Source of the DNA: Candidatus Bathyarchaeota archaeon
GTDB lineage: Archaea > Thermoproteota > Bathyarchaeia > 40CM-2-53-6
Length of the DNA stretch: 64,000 nt
Direction: 5' to 3'
Assembly (NCBI GenBank): GCA_963833125.1
Contig: CAWHWX010000005.1
Span: 4,478 to 68,477 of the forward strand
How positions within the stretch are numbered: the first letter of the stretch is position 1; every line of letters begins with the position of its first letter. Shown here piece by piece: positions 49,951 through 58,884 of this stretch. The notes below the pieces were generated by a model that saw only the letters and a program-made list of their open reading frames with translations, had not been told where the DNA came from and did not search any database. Made by a program: the position numbers and the translations under genes.

Positions 49951-50427
49951 CTAGGTTTTAGGTTGCTTCTCAACAGGTTCGTAAGTCACACCCATGCTCC
50001 CTTTGTTTCCATGAAATACTGATCGATAGTTGCCAACGTTGGTTGGTACCTTAGAAAGGCGCTCAGGGCTCCAAACTAGAAGCTCCCGATCATACTCCGC
50101 AAGTTCGTAATCTGGTGAGTAATCCAGTGCTCCCGTCGGACAGTAGTCTGTGCAGAAATGGCAAAAACAGCATCGCGCATACCAATACTGAGGGAATCGG
50201 TTTTCAGGGTTCTGCGGGTGTTCCTTCCCGTCGGCAGCTTGCACGAACGATATGCATCTCTCGGGACAGATCCACGCACAAATTCCGCATCCAGTGCACT
50301 TGTCCATGTAGAGGATGTGTCTCCCCCTGAACCCTTTGGGTAGCAGAACTTTCTGGTAGGGATACTTCAAGGTGAAAGTTCGTTTGAAGATATGCTTGAT
50401 TCCTTCATACATCGCCCCAAAAACCAT
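49951..50427 (-). CDS. nuoI: NuoI-like 2x[4Fe-4S] ferredoxin subunit of complex I-type oxidoreductase
   Basis: CTGCGICAWICP and CCFCHFCTDYCP cluster motifs. N-terminal FTLKYPY.. is typical of NuoI/FpoI. Confidence 0.8.
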   Translation of the reverse strand: MVFGAMYEGIKHIFKRTFTLKYPYQKVLLPKGFRGRHILYMDKCTGCGICAWICPERCISFVQAADGKEHPQNPENRFPQYWYARCCFCHFCTDYCPTGALDYSPDYELAEYDRELLVWSPERLSKVPTNVGNYRSVFHGNKGSMGVTYEPVEKQPKT

Positions 50428-50439
50428 GAGAAATCCTCC

Positions 50440-51589
50440 TTACCTGTCTGCCTCTACTGGCCAATAGTCTAGGCTGCCGTAAATGATGGGCATGTCTGCG
50501 ACGTGCACGTTTCGAAGTAAGTAGGGCAGTGCTATGAGGCTTCGGAATGAGCCGTTCATTATTTTCACTCGGCTCGGTTTGTCGCTGTTGTCGCCCTTCA
50601 CCAAGTACGTTAATTCACCTCGGGAGGATTCAACGCGGCCGATCGCTTCACCTTCCGGTATGATCAGTGGAGCTTTTCGAGCGATTGGTCCCTTGGGCAT
50701 TTTCTCGAGTGCTTGGCGAATTATTCTGATGCTCTGTTTCATCTCTTCGAACCGGACTAGGAAGCGTGCGTAGGAGTCGCCTTCCTCAAAGGTTGGGACC
50801 TCAAAATCTAAGTCAGCATAAGCGCCGTATGGTTCTACCTTGCGGACATCGTACTTGACTCCCGACCCTCGCAGAACCGGCCCTGTAAGGCCAAGTCTTA
50901 TCGCTTCTTCACGTTTGAGTGTGCCTATGCCTTTGGCGCGGGCGATGACGAGTGGGTTGCTGAAGAATATGCGATCATATTCGCCAAGTCTCCTTTCGAA
51001 ATAGTCGAGCAATTTGAGGAGGCGGTCTTGGAATTCAGCGGGAAGGTCACGCCTCGGCCCTCCAGGTGGAAGGAACGAGTAGGTTAACCGGGCACCGAGT
51101 TAACATCTCAGCCAACTCGATGAACAGATCGCGATCTCCGAAAGCGTACATGAAGATCGTGGTGTGGCCTGAGAATACGCCGGCATTGATCGCCAGCCAA
51201 TATAGGTGGCTCATTATACGGTTCATTTCGGCTGCTATCGTCGAGATGTATAGTCCTCTCGGAGGAACAACCACACCTTGCAATTCTTCGATCGGAAGAA
51301 CGTAGCCCCAATTGAGGTGGATGGCATCGATGATACATGGCCTCTCTAGGTGTGGAATGTTGCTTACTGCGGTTCGGTATTCAGCGATTTTTTCGCAGCC
51401 GCGGTGGACATATCCGATATCTGGATCGACGTTGACTATGTAATCGCCGTCAACGCGGATGAGCATTCGTAGGTGGCCTGAACCCGGGTGTTGCGGTCCA
51501 ACTGACACGTCCAGCGTTGATGGTTCTTTCGCGGCTGTAATTGTGATGGGTGGTGCTGGTGGTTTCGTTTGGTCTGGGTTCGTTGTCAT
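50440..51589 (-). CDS. nuoD: NuoD-type 49-kDa subunit (frameshift ~51097-51101)
   Basis: GPQHPGSGHLRMLIRVDGDYIV, GYVHRGCEKIAE, ...LTGARLTYSFLPPGG (readable only across the shift), RVESSRGELTYLV. The C-terminus GSLDYWPVEADR is NuoD-type, with no hydrogenase CxxC pairs. Confidence 0.9.
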
Positions 51590-52079
51590 CGTTGGCCCAT
51601 CTCTGGGAATTTGATGTCTTTTAGCATCGGCGGCGGTCCGTCCCAGTTATCTAAAGTCAAGAGTTTCCTAAGGTCTGGGTGTCCTTCGAACTTGACGCCA
51701 AACATTTCGAATGTTTCGCGTTCGTGAAAATGAGCGCTCTCCCATACAGTAACGGCTGAGGCGATTGTTGGGTTGTCGCGAGGTAATTCTGCTTGTAGAA
51801 CACGATTAGATCTTCGATTTCTGGTTTTGAGAGGGAGCCGGTGAAGTAGAGGACCTCTATCTTCTTGTGGGTTAGGTCGTCGACGCCAGCCACTCCCTTG
51901 ACGTGATCGAAACCTAGTTCGTCGCGCATGAATTGTGCGATGTCAAGCAGCTTATCCTTATCGAAAGGGATTGTTATGCGATGTTTCCCTTCGATCTTCG
52001 AACCCTTGATGGCTTCGGGGAAACGGGTTTTCAGTTTGTTCACTAGGTCTTCTTCTCTAGTGGGGCTTTGGGTAGCCAC
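51586..52079 (-). CDS. nuoC: NuoC-type 30-kDa subunit (frameshift ~51795-51803)
   Basis: ORF 51657-52079 gives the N-terminal part. The adjacent frame reads ..LQAELPRDNPTIASAVTVWESAHFHERETFEMFGVKFEGHPDLRKLLT.. (NuoC signature). Its stop overlaps the nuoD ATG (ATGA). Confidence 0.85.
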
Positions 52080-52597
52080 TAGGCGAATACCTCTTCTCTA
52101 CGTATTTTTTCTCGGAGCTTCACAATTGCGCTAAGGAGCGCTTCGGGTCTCGGGGGGCATCCTGGGATGTATACGTCTACGGGAAAGAGCTTGTGAACGT
52201 CGTTTACTATGCTGTACGAGTCATGAAACAGCCCGCCCGAACATGCGCAGTCGCCCATTGCTACTACGTAACGTGGCTTCGCCATCTGCTCGTAAACGAT
52301 CTTCAATCGCTTGGCCATTTTCTTGGTGACCGTACCTTCGACGATCAGAAGATCGCACTGTCTTAGTCCTCCGGCTACTGCTTGCAGTCCGAATCTTTCA
52401 GGGTCCAGGCGTGGGCCCATCATGGCGCCGAACTCAGCGCTGCAACATGCGGTTGTGATGTGAACGGGCCATAGAGCGTACATGCGGCTCCAGTTGATCA
52501 GATACTTGACAGGGCCAGAGCCAGTTATTGTTCTTACGACTTCGCTGATCTTTCCTATCCAGACCCCAGCGAAGTCCTGGAGTGTTTCCTGGCTCAT
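52079..52597 (-). CDS. nuoB: NuoB-type 20-kDa subunit (N2 cluster)
   Basis: TTACCSAEF (tandem Cys), MGDCACSGG, YIPGCPPRPE. Confidence 0.9.
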   Translation of the reverse strand: MSQETLQDFAGVWIGKISEVVRTITGSGPVKYLINWSRMYALWPVHITTACCSAEFGAMMGPRLDPERFGLQAVAGGLRQCDLLIVEGTVTKKMAKRLKIVYEQMAKPRYVVAMGDCACSGGLFHDSYSIVNDVHKLFPVDVYIPGCPPRPEALLSAIVKLREKIRREEVFA

Positions 52598-52700
52598 TCT
52601 TGCCCGTCCCTTAGGTTAAGCACACGGGTGCGAACACTATTGAAAAACTTTGTCAGGTGAATGGGGCATGTCGTATCAATGACAGACATGAGAGCACAGG

Positions 52701-53162
52701 CTAGGTTGCCAGTTCCTTTAGAGCCGACACTACTTCCTCGGTGTGCTTTGTCACGTCCACTGTCGGAAATATCTTCGCCACTTTCCCTGACTTGTTGATG
52801 ATGAATGTTACGCGGCTGGCGGATGTTCCAGTGTCCTTTAGGACACCATACGCATTCGCTATCTTCTTCTCTTTGTCGCTGATGAGTGGAAACGGTAGCC
52901 CATATTTTGACGCGAACTTACTGTGAGACTGGATACTGTCTAAGCTCACTCCAATAATTTCAGCGCCCATGTCTCTTATCGGTTGCAGGTTGTCCCTGAA
53001 GCTGCAAGCTTCCTTTGTGCACCCCGGTGTGTCATCCTTTGGGTAGAAGTAGAGTACTACATTCTTCTTTCCTACAAAGTCCTTCAGCCCCAGTCTACTT
53101 CCATCTGAGGTTGGACCTTCAAAATCCGGGGCTGGGTCTCCCGCTTTCACTTTTATTGGCAT
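52701..53162 (-). CDS. bcp: Peroxiredoxin, BCP/PrxQ type
   Basis: FYPKDDTPGCTKEACSFRD active-site motif, 153 aa. Confidence 0.9.
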   Translation of the reverse strand: MPIKVKAGDPAPDFEGPTSDGSRLGLKDFVGKKNVVLYFYPKDDTPGCTKEACSFRDNLQPIRDMGAEIIGVSLDSIQSHSKFASKYGLPFPLISDKEKKIANAYGVLKDTGTSASRVTFIINKSGKVAKIFPTVDVTKHTEEVVSALKELAT

Positions 53163-53205
53163 TAATTAAAACACGACTTTTGCGTAATCGCGTTGATGGT
53201 CTAGA

Positions 53206-53590
53206 TCACTGTTCGCATACGTGACAGGAGTTTACGTCCATGGTGGGTTCAAGTTTCTTGTGAAGGTCGCACATGTACCGATTTCTGCGAACATAATCGC
53301 ATGCTGATTCGATCTTGCTCATAACCTCAATCTGAGGAACCTTTCTCGAGGATACAAGTTCTGCGATCTCTCCTGTTGCTCGGTCAATCTCCTTTATTCC
53401 GTTGAGCTTGATCGCTGCGCCGACGTTTTTCGTGAAGGTATTTGCTGACGGCTGGCTGCGTTACTCCGAGAAGTTTCGCTGCCTCCTGTTGCGTTAACCC
53501 GTGCTCCTCGACGAGGCGCTTAACAACCAACGCCCTGATCGCAGGGATGACGGATTTCGAAGCTAACTCTTCAGGGAGAATCATAGGCAT
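53206..53590 (-). CDS. Small HTH transcriptional regulator with Cys-containing C-terminal domain (frameshift in the A5/T5 run at 53426-53430)
   Basis: IPAIRALVVKRLVEEHGLTQQEAAKLLGVTQPAVSKYL (HTH). After the shift it reads ..VGAAIKLNGIKEIDRATGEIAELV...ACDYVRRNRYMCDLHKKLEPTMDVNSCHVCEQ*. Resembles the archaeal HTH + Zn-ribbon regulators I recall as COG2522. Confidence 0.65.
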
Positions 53591-53654
53591 AGGAGATTTC
53601 CACGACTCCGAGTATGACAGAGGTTATATAAACGTGCTAGGTCGACTTTCCAAT

Positions 53655-55131
53655 CTACAGTCTTTCCTGCGATTCGCTAGGTAGCAGAATATCGTGGGGT
53701 CCGGCTTCTTGCGCACCTGAAGGGCTCAGCGCCGCTAACTTTGCTTTGCTCCAAAGTTCCTCAATATTTCGTGCGCCTGCATATCCCATCGACGCGCGGA
53801 GACCCGAAGTTAATTCATCGAGGGCGATTGTAACTTCGCCCTTGTACGGCACCCAACCCTCGACTCCTTCTGGGACACCTTTGGATGGCATGCTGTAGCG
53901 GTCGAGCGAGTACCTCTTTGCACGTGCTGTGGGGCTGCCCATCCCTCGATATTGCTTGTAGTATCGGCCTCCAATTGTAATGAGGTTTCCAGGAGATTCC
54001 TTACACCGGGCAAAGAGGTTTCCGATCATGGCTGCAGATGCTCCGGCGGTCAGAGCGATCGCTACATCTCCTGGAGTTCGGATGCCTCCATCAGCGATTA
54101 TCGGAATCTTCGCTGCATATTTCGCCACCGCGTCTGAAACTTGTGCCGTTGCGAAGAGGGTTGGTGATCCTGCTTTTGTTACCTCTGCGGTCGTGCAGAT
54201 CGATCCTGATCCAATACCGACCCTGAAACCGCTTATCCCCTTCCAATTCAGTGATAGCGTCCTCAGCCGCTTCGAAAGTTCCTATATTCCCAACAACGAC
54301 CTCGGCGGAAACATCAGCCATGATTTTCTTCGTGGCTCTAAAGACGTTTTCATTGTGGAAATGTGAAACGTCCGTGACTAGAATGTCAGCGTATTCATCG
54401 AGTTTCTTCGCTCTATCGAGGTCGAAGGGCGACACGGCTGCAGCGCATAACAGATGGCCGGTCTCGTCGCGGGCCGCGTCAGGGTATTTCCCCCTCAATA
54501 GGATGTCCTTGAAGGTCATTAGGCCTGAGAGTTCTCCGACCTCGTTAACGATTGGGAGTTTCTCGATCTTGTGGTCGTGAAGCAGACGTTGGGCCTCCTC
54601 CAACGTCGTTCCTTCTTCGGCTTTTACGACCTCCTTAGTCATAACCTGCTTCACAAGAAGGGTTGGTTGTGAAAATCGAAGGTCGCGGCCAGTCACTATG
54701 CCGACGAGCTTTGTCCCATCCACCACAGGGAAGCCCGATATGTTATGTTGTTCCATGAGCGCTAACGTTTGCCCAACTGTGTCGGTAGGCGTGACCGTGA
54801 TCACGTCGCGTATTATGACAGCCTCCGCTCTTTTGACTCGCTTTACCATCTCCACCTGCTCTTCTGTAGAGCAGTTTCTGTGAACAACGCCGAGCCCGCC
54901 TTGTCGCGCAATCGCGATGGCCATGTCACTTTCCGTGACCGTATCCATCGGTGACGATACAAACGGAATGTTGAGCGCATGTCTCTTTGTTACGCGGGTG
55001 TGCACGTCGACTTCGCTTGGTTCAACTTCGGCTCTTCCTGGAAGGATCACAACGTCGCGAAATGTTAATGCAACTTGTATATCCTTGAACTTCGCTAGAA
55101 ACGATTGTCTCGAGGTTTCCTCGGCTTTCAA
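53655..55131 (-). CDS. guaB: IMP dehydrogenase GuaB (frameshift in the C4/G4 run at 54237-54240)
   Basis: LTFRDVVILPG, SSPMDTVTE, CBS pair (..ISGFPVVDG.KLVGIVTGRDL..), catalytic loop GIGSGSICTT (in the adjacent frame), IIADGGIRTPGDV, YRGMGS. Confidence 0.95.
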
Positions 55132-55197
55132 GGGTTTGACTCTCTATTGGTGCAATTATGATGGTTCGGAATTTAAGCTATAATTGCCTAACGAAAC

Positions 55198-55941
55198 CTA
55201 GAATTCAATTCGGGCCAAATCTGTTGCGAGCGTCACGTCACTTCCATACGCTTTGGTTGCTTCACGAAGGAATTCTTCCTCCCTATGATCATTGGGGGGT
55301 GGGATGTGGAACAACGCTAAGCGTTTCGCTTTCGCTTCTCTTCCACTGCTTCCAGCCATGCGAGCCGTGGAATGCTTGGTTAACTCCGCGATCGGGGCCT
55401 GGTCCTCGAGGAATGTCGCTTCATGGATTAGCAAGTCGACGTCCTGCGCCAATTCTATGAGCGTAGGGGAATAGATTGTGTCGGCGCCGTAGCAGATCGA
55501 TTTTCCGCCTGAATCAAGCCTGAATGCCAAGGTTGGAATGCTGTGGTCTGTTTGGCAGGTTTGAATGCTGCCCTCCGTGTCCCCGAATTGCATCTCGGTA
55601 ATCGTCAGCGGGAACGTGAAGAAGTTGTCCGGCGTATTCGTGCATTCTCGCAGCTTCTGGAAGATCACTTTGAATCCCGGTGGTCCAATGATACGTAGTG
55701 GGTTCTTGCGTCCGTCGATCTGAATCGCCCATAGGAACGGGATTAGATCGGATACGTGATCCGCGTGGCAGTGGGAGATGAAGACCGATGACAAACGCTC
55801 CGTCTCAATCCGCGATCGGCGTATGTTTCCAAGCGATCCTGGCCCAAGATCGAAAACAATTGATTCATCCACCAGCATAGAAGGGCAGGCTCGCTTTGCA
55901 CTCACGGCTGACCCTCCTGAACCTAGAAAGGTGAGTTTCAA
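55198..55941 (-). CDS. MBL-fold metallo-hydrolase (RNase Z/ElaC-like short form)
   Basis: MKLTFLGSGGS, HxHxDH motif ISHCHADHVSDL, ..LIHEATF.., ..HSTA... Confidence 0.8.
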   Translation of the reverse strand: MKLTFLGSGGSAVSAKRACPSMLVDESIVFDLGPGSLGNIRRSRIETERLSSVFISHCHADHVSDLIPFLWAIQIDGRKNPLRIIGPPGFKVIFQKLRECTNTPDNFFTFPLTITEMQFGDTEGSIQTCQTDHSIPTLAFRLDSGGKSICYGADTIYSPTLIELAQDVDLLIHEATFLEDQAPIAELTKHSTARMAGSSGREAKAKRLALFHIPPPNDHREEEFLREATKAYGSDVTLATDLARIEF

Positions 55942-56296
55942 CTAGAGATCTACCGTTTTCGCTTTGAACGCTTTCTTGTTTTGCGGTTGGTTGGCGGGGA
56001 ATCGATCGGTGCAACTACTTCATCGCTCATATCGGTCACCTTAGTTGAGGAATCACCTCGTCCCTAAAGGTTTCTAGGGGTCGGATTCCAGTGTCCCCTG
56101 TAAAGCCCAAGAAGAAATTCTTCCACCTAAGTCTTTGAATTTTCTCAGTTGATTGGCGCAAACATTTGGGGTCCGAGGATAAACCCTCTGTCGACCAGAC
56201 TTTTTCGACGTATCACGTTTGCTCTCTGAACTACGATAAGCACTTATAGCGCAAGTTCGGTTTTGACTGCATCATCATTAAGGAAAGTGCAAATCT

Positions 56297-56734
56297 ATGG
56301 GAAGCGGTGCCGGTGGCATTCTAGCTGCAAGGAAGGCAAAGAAGGATCGGCGTCGCTTTAGATGGCACTACAGGCCTTTCAAACGTAGAATGCTTGGCCT
56401 TGACTATAAGGCGGATCCATTGCAGGGAGCGCCGCAGGGACGTGGCATCGTTCTCGAAAAAGTTGGAGTAGAGTCGCGCCAACCGAACAGCGCTGTAAGG
56501 AAAGCGGTGCGCGTTCAACTGATCAAGAATGGTAAGGTCATTACTGCTTTCGTGCCTGGTGACGGCGCACTCAACTTTATCGACGAACATGACGAGGTTC
56601 TGATCGAAGGGATTGGCGGTGCGGAAGGCAAAGCGATGGGTGACATTCCCGGGATACGATACAAGGTCTATGCCATCAATTCCGTATCGCTAGACGCTTT
56701 GATGAAGGGTAAGAAAGAGAAACCAAGACGTTAG
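56297..56734 (+). CDS. rps12: 30S ribosomal protein uS12 (archaeal S12/eS23 type)
   Basis: [58 protein letters not shown]...[10 protein letters not shown]...KKEKPRR. Confidence 0.95.
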   Translation: MGSGAGGILAARKAKKDRRRFRWHYRPFKRRMLGLDYKADPLQGAPQGRGIVLEKVGVESRQPNSAVRKAVRVQLIKNGKVITAFVPGDGALNFIDEHDEVLIEGIGGAEGKAMGDIPGIRYKVYAINSVSLDALMKGKKEKPRR

Positions 56735-56756
56735 ACTAGTCTCGTGAAAGATTAGC

Positions 56757-57798
56757 TCACAGGTGTTTCTTCCAATTCTCGATTAGGCGCCCTAAGGATA
56801 GGGCAGATAACGCGCCAAGCAAGATGAAACTCAACAGTACCGAAATGGCTCCGACCATAAGCAGCATTGAGATTCCCAACGTTTCTCCCAAAACTAGGAC
56901 TAAAACTGCGGTAACGCACGATGCGAAGGATACCTGCAAACTTCTACGGCCTATTGCACGTTTGCCTAATTTGGAGATCTTGCAAAAGGCCGCGACAATC
57001 GGTCCCACATAGACGCTGCCAATGCCGATCGCAGCGAATACTCCGGCCGCCGTTACGGCTAGTTCTCCATTGAATGAAAGTGTCGTGAAAATTCTATCGG
57101 AGACGTAAAGAATCCCGATTAGTGGGTACAGTAGGATTCTCGCGGCTGATCTTACCGCCGGCTTGGACGCTATGAAGGAAGCCACCTGAGGGCTGAAGCT
57201 ATAGTAGAATGAGTTGAAGGCCAGCATGAAACTTCTTCCTGCGGAGGTTGTGGAGATCTTCTTGTCTCTGAGATTGCGGAGGAGTGTAACTTCAGGTGAG
57301 AGTTCCGAGCCGTATGTTGCGGTTGCGATGAAGCATTGGCTTGGTGGAGTCGTTTGTGATGTTGAGGATGACGAGGTTGTGGTCGAAGGCGTTTGATTTA
57401 GAACGTTAAACTGTGTTTGTTGCGCGGCCGTGAGATTGCCCTTATCGAGCCGTAACGTAGATGGTGTACTGGCCTGGTGGAAAGGCGTTAGATAGGACGA
57501 ATTGGTTCGAATAGGATCCGGATTGATCTGAGGAGACGAGTTGCACGTAAATGGGCGGTTCGTTTACCTCGATCGACACTGCGGCCCCTACGATTGGGTT
57601 GCTCTGGTTGTCCACAACCTTACCGAAAATCGAAACCGTGTCGCCCGGCGCGTACTGAGTTTGATTTGTGGATACTGTAACGTTCAGTGAGCCTTGTGAG
57701 AAGACTTGTGGTGAAAGCAACATCACAGAAAATATGATTATGACAAGTGCTCTTCTCACAGTATGCAGTGGATCCACCTTTGGAGAGCTGCACATCAA
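56757..57798 (-). CDS. Secreted MG2/Ig-like-domain protein with Thr/Ser linker and a C-terminal CFIATA-YGS ('CFI-box'-like) membrane domain (frameshift ~57440-57450)
   Basis: ORF 57442-57798 has a signal peptide plus VSTNQTQYAPGDTVSIFGKVVD..GQYTIYVTA. The adjacent open frame continues ..TPSTTTSSSSTSQTTPPSQCFIATATYGSELSPEVTLLRNLRDKK.. into ORF 56757-57227, which has 4 TM helices. Confidence 0.7.
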
Positions 57799-57842
57799 AG
57801 GATTAAATTTAGTTTATCCCATTGTGTGCTTCGGAACATTGC

Positions 57843-58877
57843 TCACTCGAAGAGAGCAAGTAGCTTCGTGTCTGCAAGTTCCCCGGTTGTGCCATTCACG
57901 ACGGTTTCGTGTGGCACGAGTCCCTTCTGAGTTGGAACCCTGATCAAGGGCACGTATATCCGCTTTAGCTCTGTTACCTGTAGTTTGTTGCTTAGGATCT
58001 GCTTGAAGTTTTCAGGCATACGTATTACTTGTTCTCTGAATTTCGCAAGTAACATATCCTTTGGTACTGCTGGATCGCGGATTTGCACTTTGGCTCCGCG
58101 AACTTTCATATCTTCCTCGTCGAAAATCCTCTTTGACTTCCATGAAGTCAATTCAGCTTCGTCGTCAGCAGAGACCGGGCGGCCTGCTCCGCTAATTACG
58201 AGTTCTGCTTCGGATGATTTACTGGCTAGCTCGAGGGCGTCGGTGATTACGAAGTATTTCGATTCGTTTGACAGGAATGAGCTTATTCTCTGTAGTCTAT
58301 CCATTATCGCTACTGGAATGAGGCGACTATGTTTGCGTTCGAGCATTAGGTCTCGACTCTGTCCCTCCATCTCAACCGCAACAACATCATCTTTCAGGTT
58401 CACTTTGTATGAGCTGCCGCGGATGTAGTAGCACTCATGGAAGCCCTTCACTTTCCAAATGGGAACGAATTCAACGGTCGGAGTTCCGACCAAATTGAAG
58501 TCCTCTTTTCTTTTTCTGAATGAGAGGCGTTCTCCAAGCGTTCTGTTCGAGGAGACGGCGATTTCAACCGCCCTCTTGATCGAGATTGGTTCAATTTTGA
58601 AGACTTGTTCAACGACTTGGTTAGCGTCCCATCCGTTTCCAGTCTTGAGCCCTTTGATTTCTTTCTTCTCTAGAGGGACTTCGCCTATTTGCTGCAGCCT
58701 ACTGGCGAGGTATTCTTCGAGTGCAATCGTGTTCGGATCCTCAGTTGGTTTGCCGTTCTCGTTAATGTGGTCCATGTTCTTTGGCGCAGAAGTTATTGTT
58801 CCCCATCCTTCACCCTCGTGACTGCGATTAAGGTTCGAGATGATGTCGTCTAAGTTGTTGCCCTTTGAGTCTGACAT
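57843..58877 (-). CDS. Hypothetical soluble protein, 344 aa, no family recognised
   Basis: Long ORF with no TM or signal peptide and an acidic N-terminus. Two similar segments end in VEFVPIWKVKGF... and LKRIYVPLIRVP...VVNGTTGEL. 8-bp spacer from the upstream surface-protein gene. Confidence 0.7.
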   Translation of the reverse strand: MSDSKGNNLDDIISNLNRSHEGEGWGTITSAPKNMDHINENGKPTEDPNTIALEEYLASRLQQIGEVPLEKKEIKGLKTGNGWDANQVVEQVFKIEPISIKRAVEIAVSSNRTLGERLSFRKRKEDFNLVGTPTVEFVPIWKVKGFHECYYIRGSSYKVNLKDDVVAVEMEGQSRDLMLERKHSRLIPVAIMDRLQRISSFLSNESKYFVITDALELASKSSEAELVISGAGRPVSADDEAELTSWKSKRIFDEEDMKVRGAKVQIRDPAVPKDMLLAKFREQVIRMPENFKQILSNKLQVTELKRIYVPLIRVPTQKGLVPHETVVNGTTGELADTKLLALFE

Positions 58878-58884
58878 GTGCGTC

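Noticed and set aside
50440-51589. Possibility that the NuoD-like protein is the large subunit of a group-4 [NiFe] hydrogenase (Ech/Mbh-like BCDI module)
   Set aside because: The N-terminal R-x-C-G-x-C and C-terminal D-P-C-x-x-C nickel-binding motifs are absent. The corresponding regions read GPQHPGSGHLR.. and ..GSLDYWPVEADR, which are the complex-I type.
52667-52690. Inverted repeat CATGTC-N12-GACATG (with inner TGTC/GACA) in the bcp-nuoB spacer as a regulatory site
   Set aside because: The arms are short (6 bp), there is a single occurrence, and there is no second copy or conservation evidence. It is too weak to report as a feature.
43592-55131. Interpreting the split sufS, sufD, sufB, nuoD, nuoC and guaB ORFs as genuine pseudogenes or as programmed ribosomal frameshifts
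   Set aside because: The junctions I could pin down lie in or next to short homopolymer runs, with no shared slippery heptamer or downstream structure. The same defect hits unrelated genes across the whole contig. Sequencing or assembly indels are the simplest explanation.
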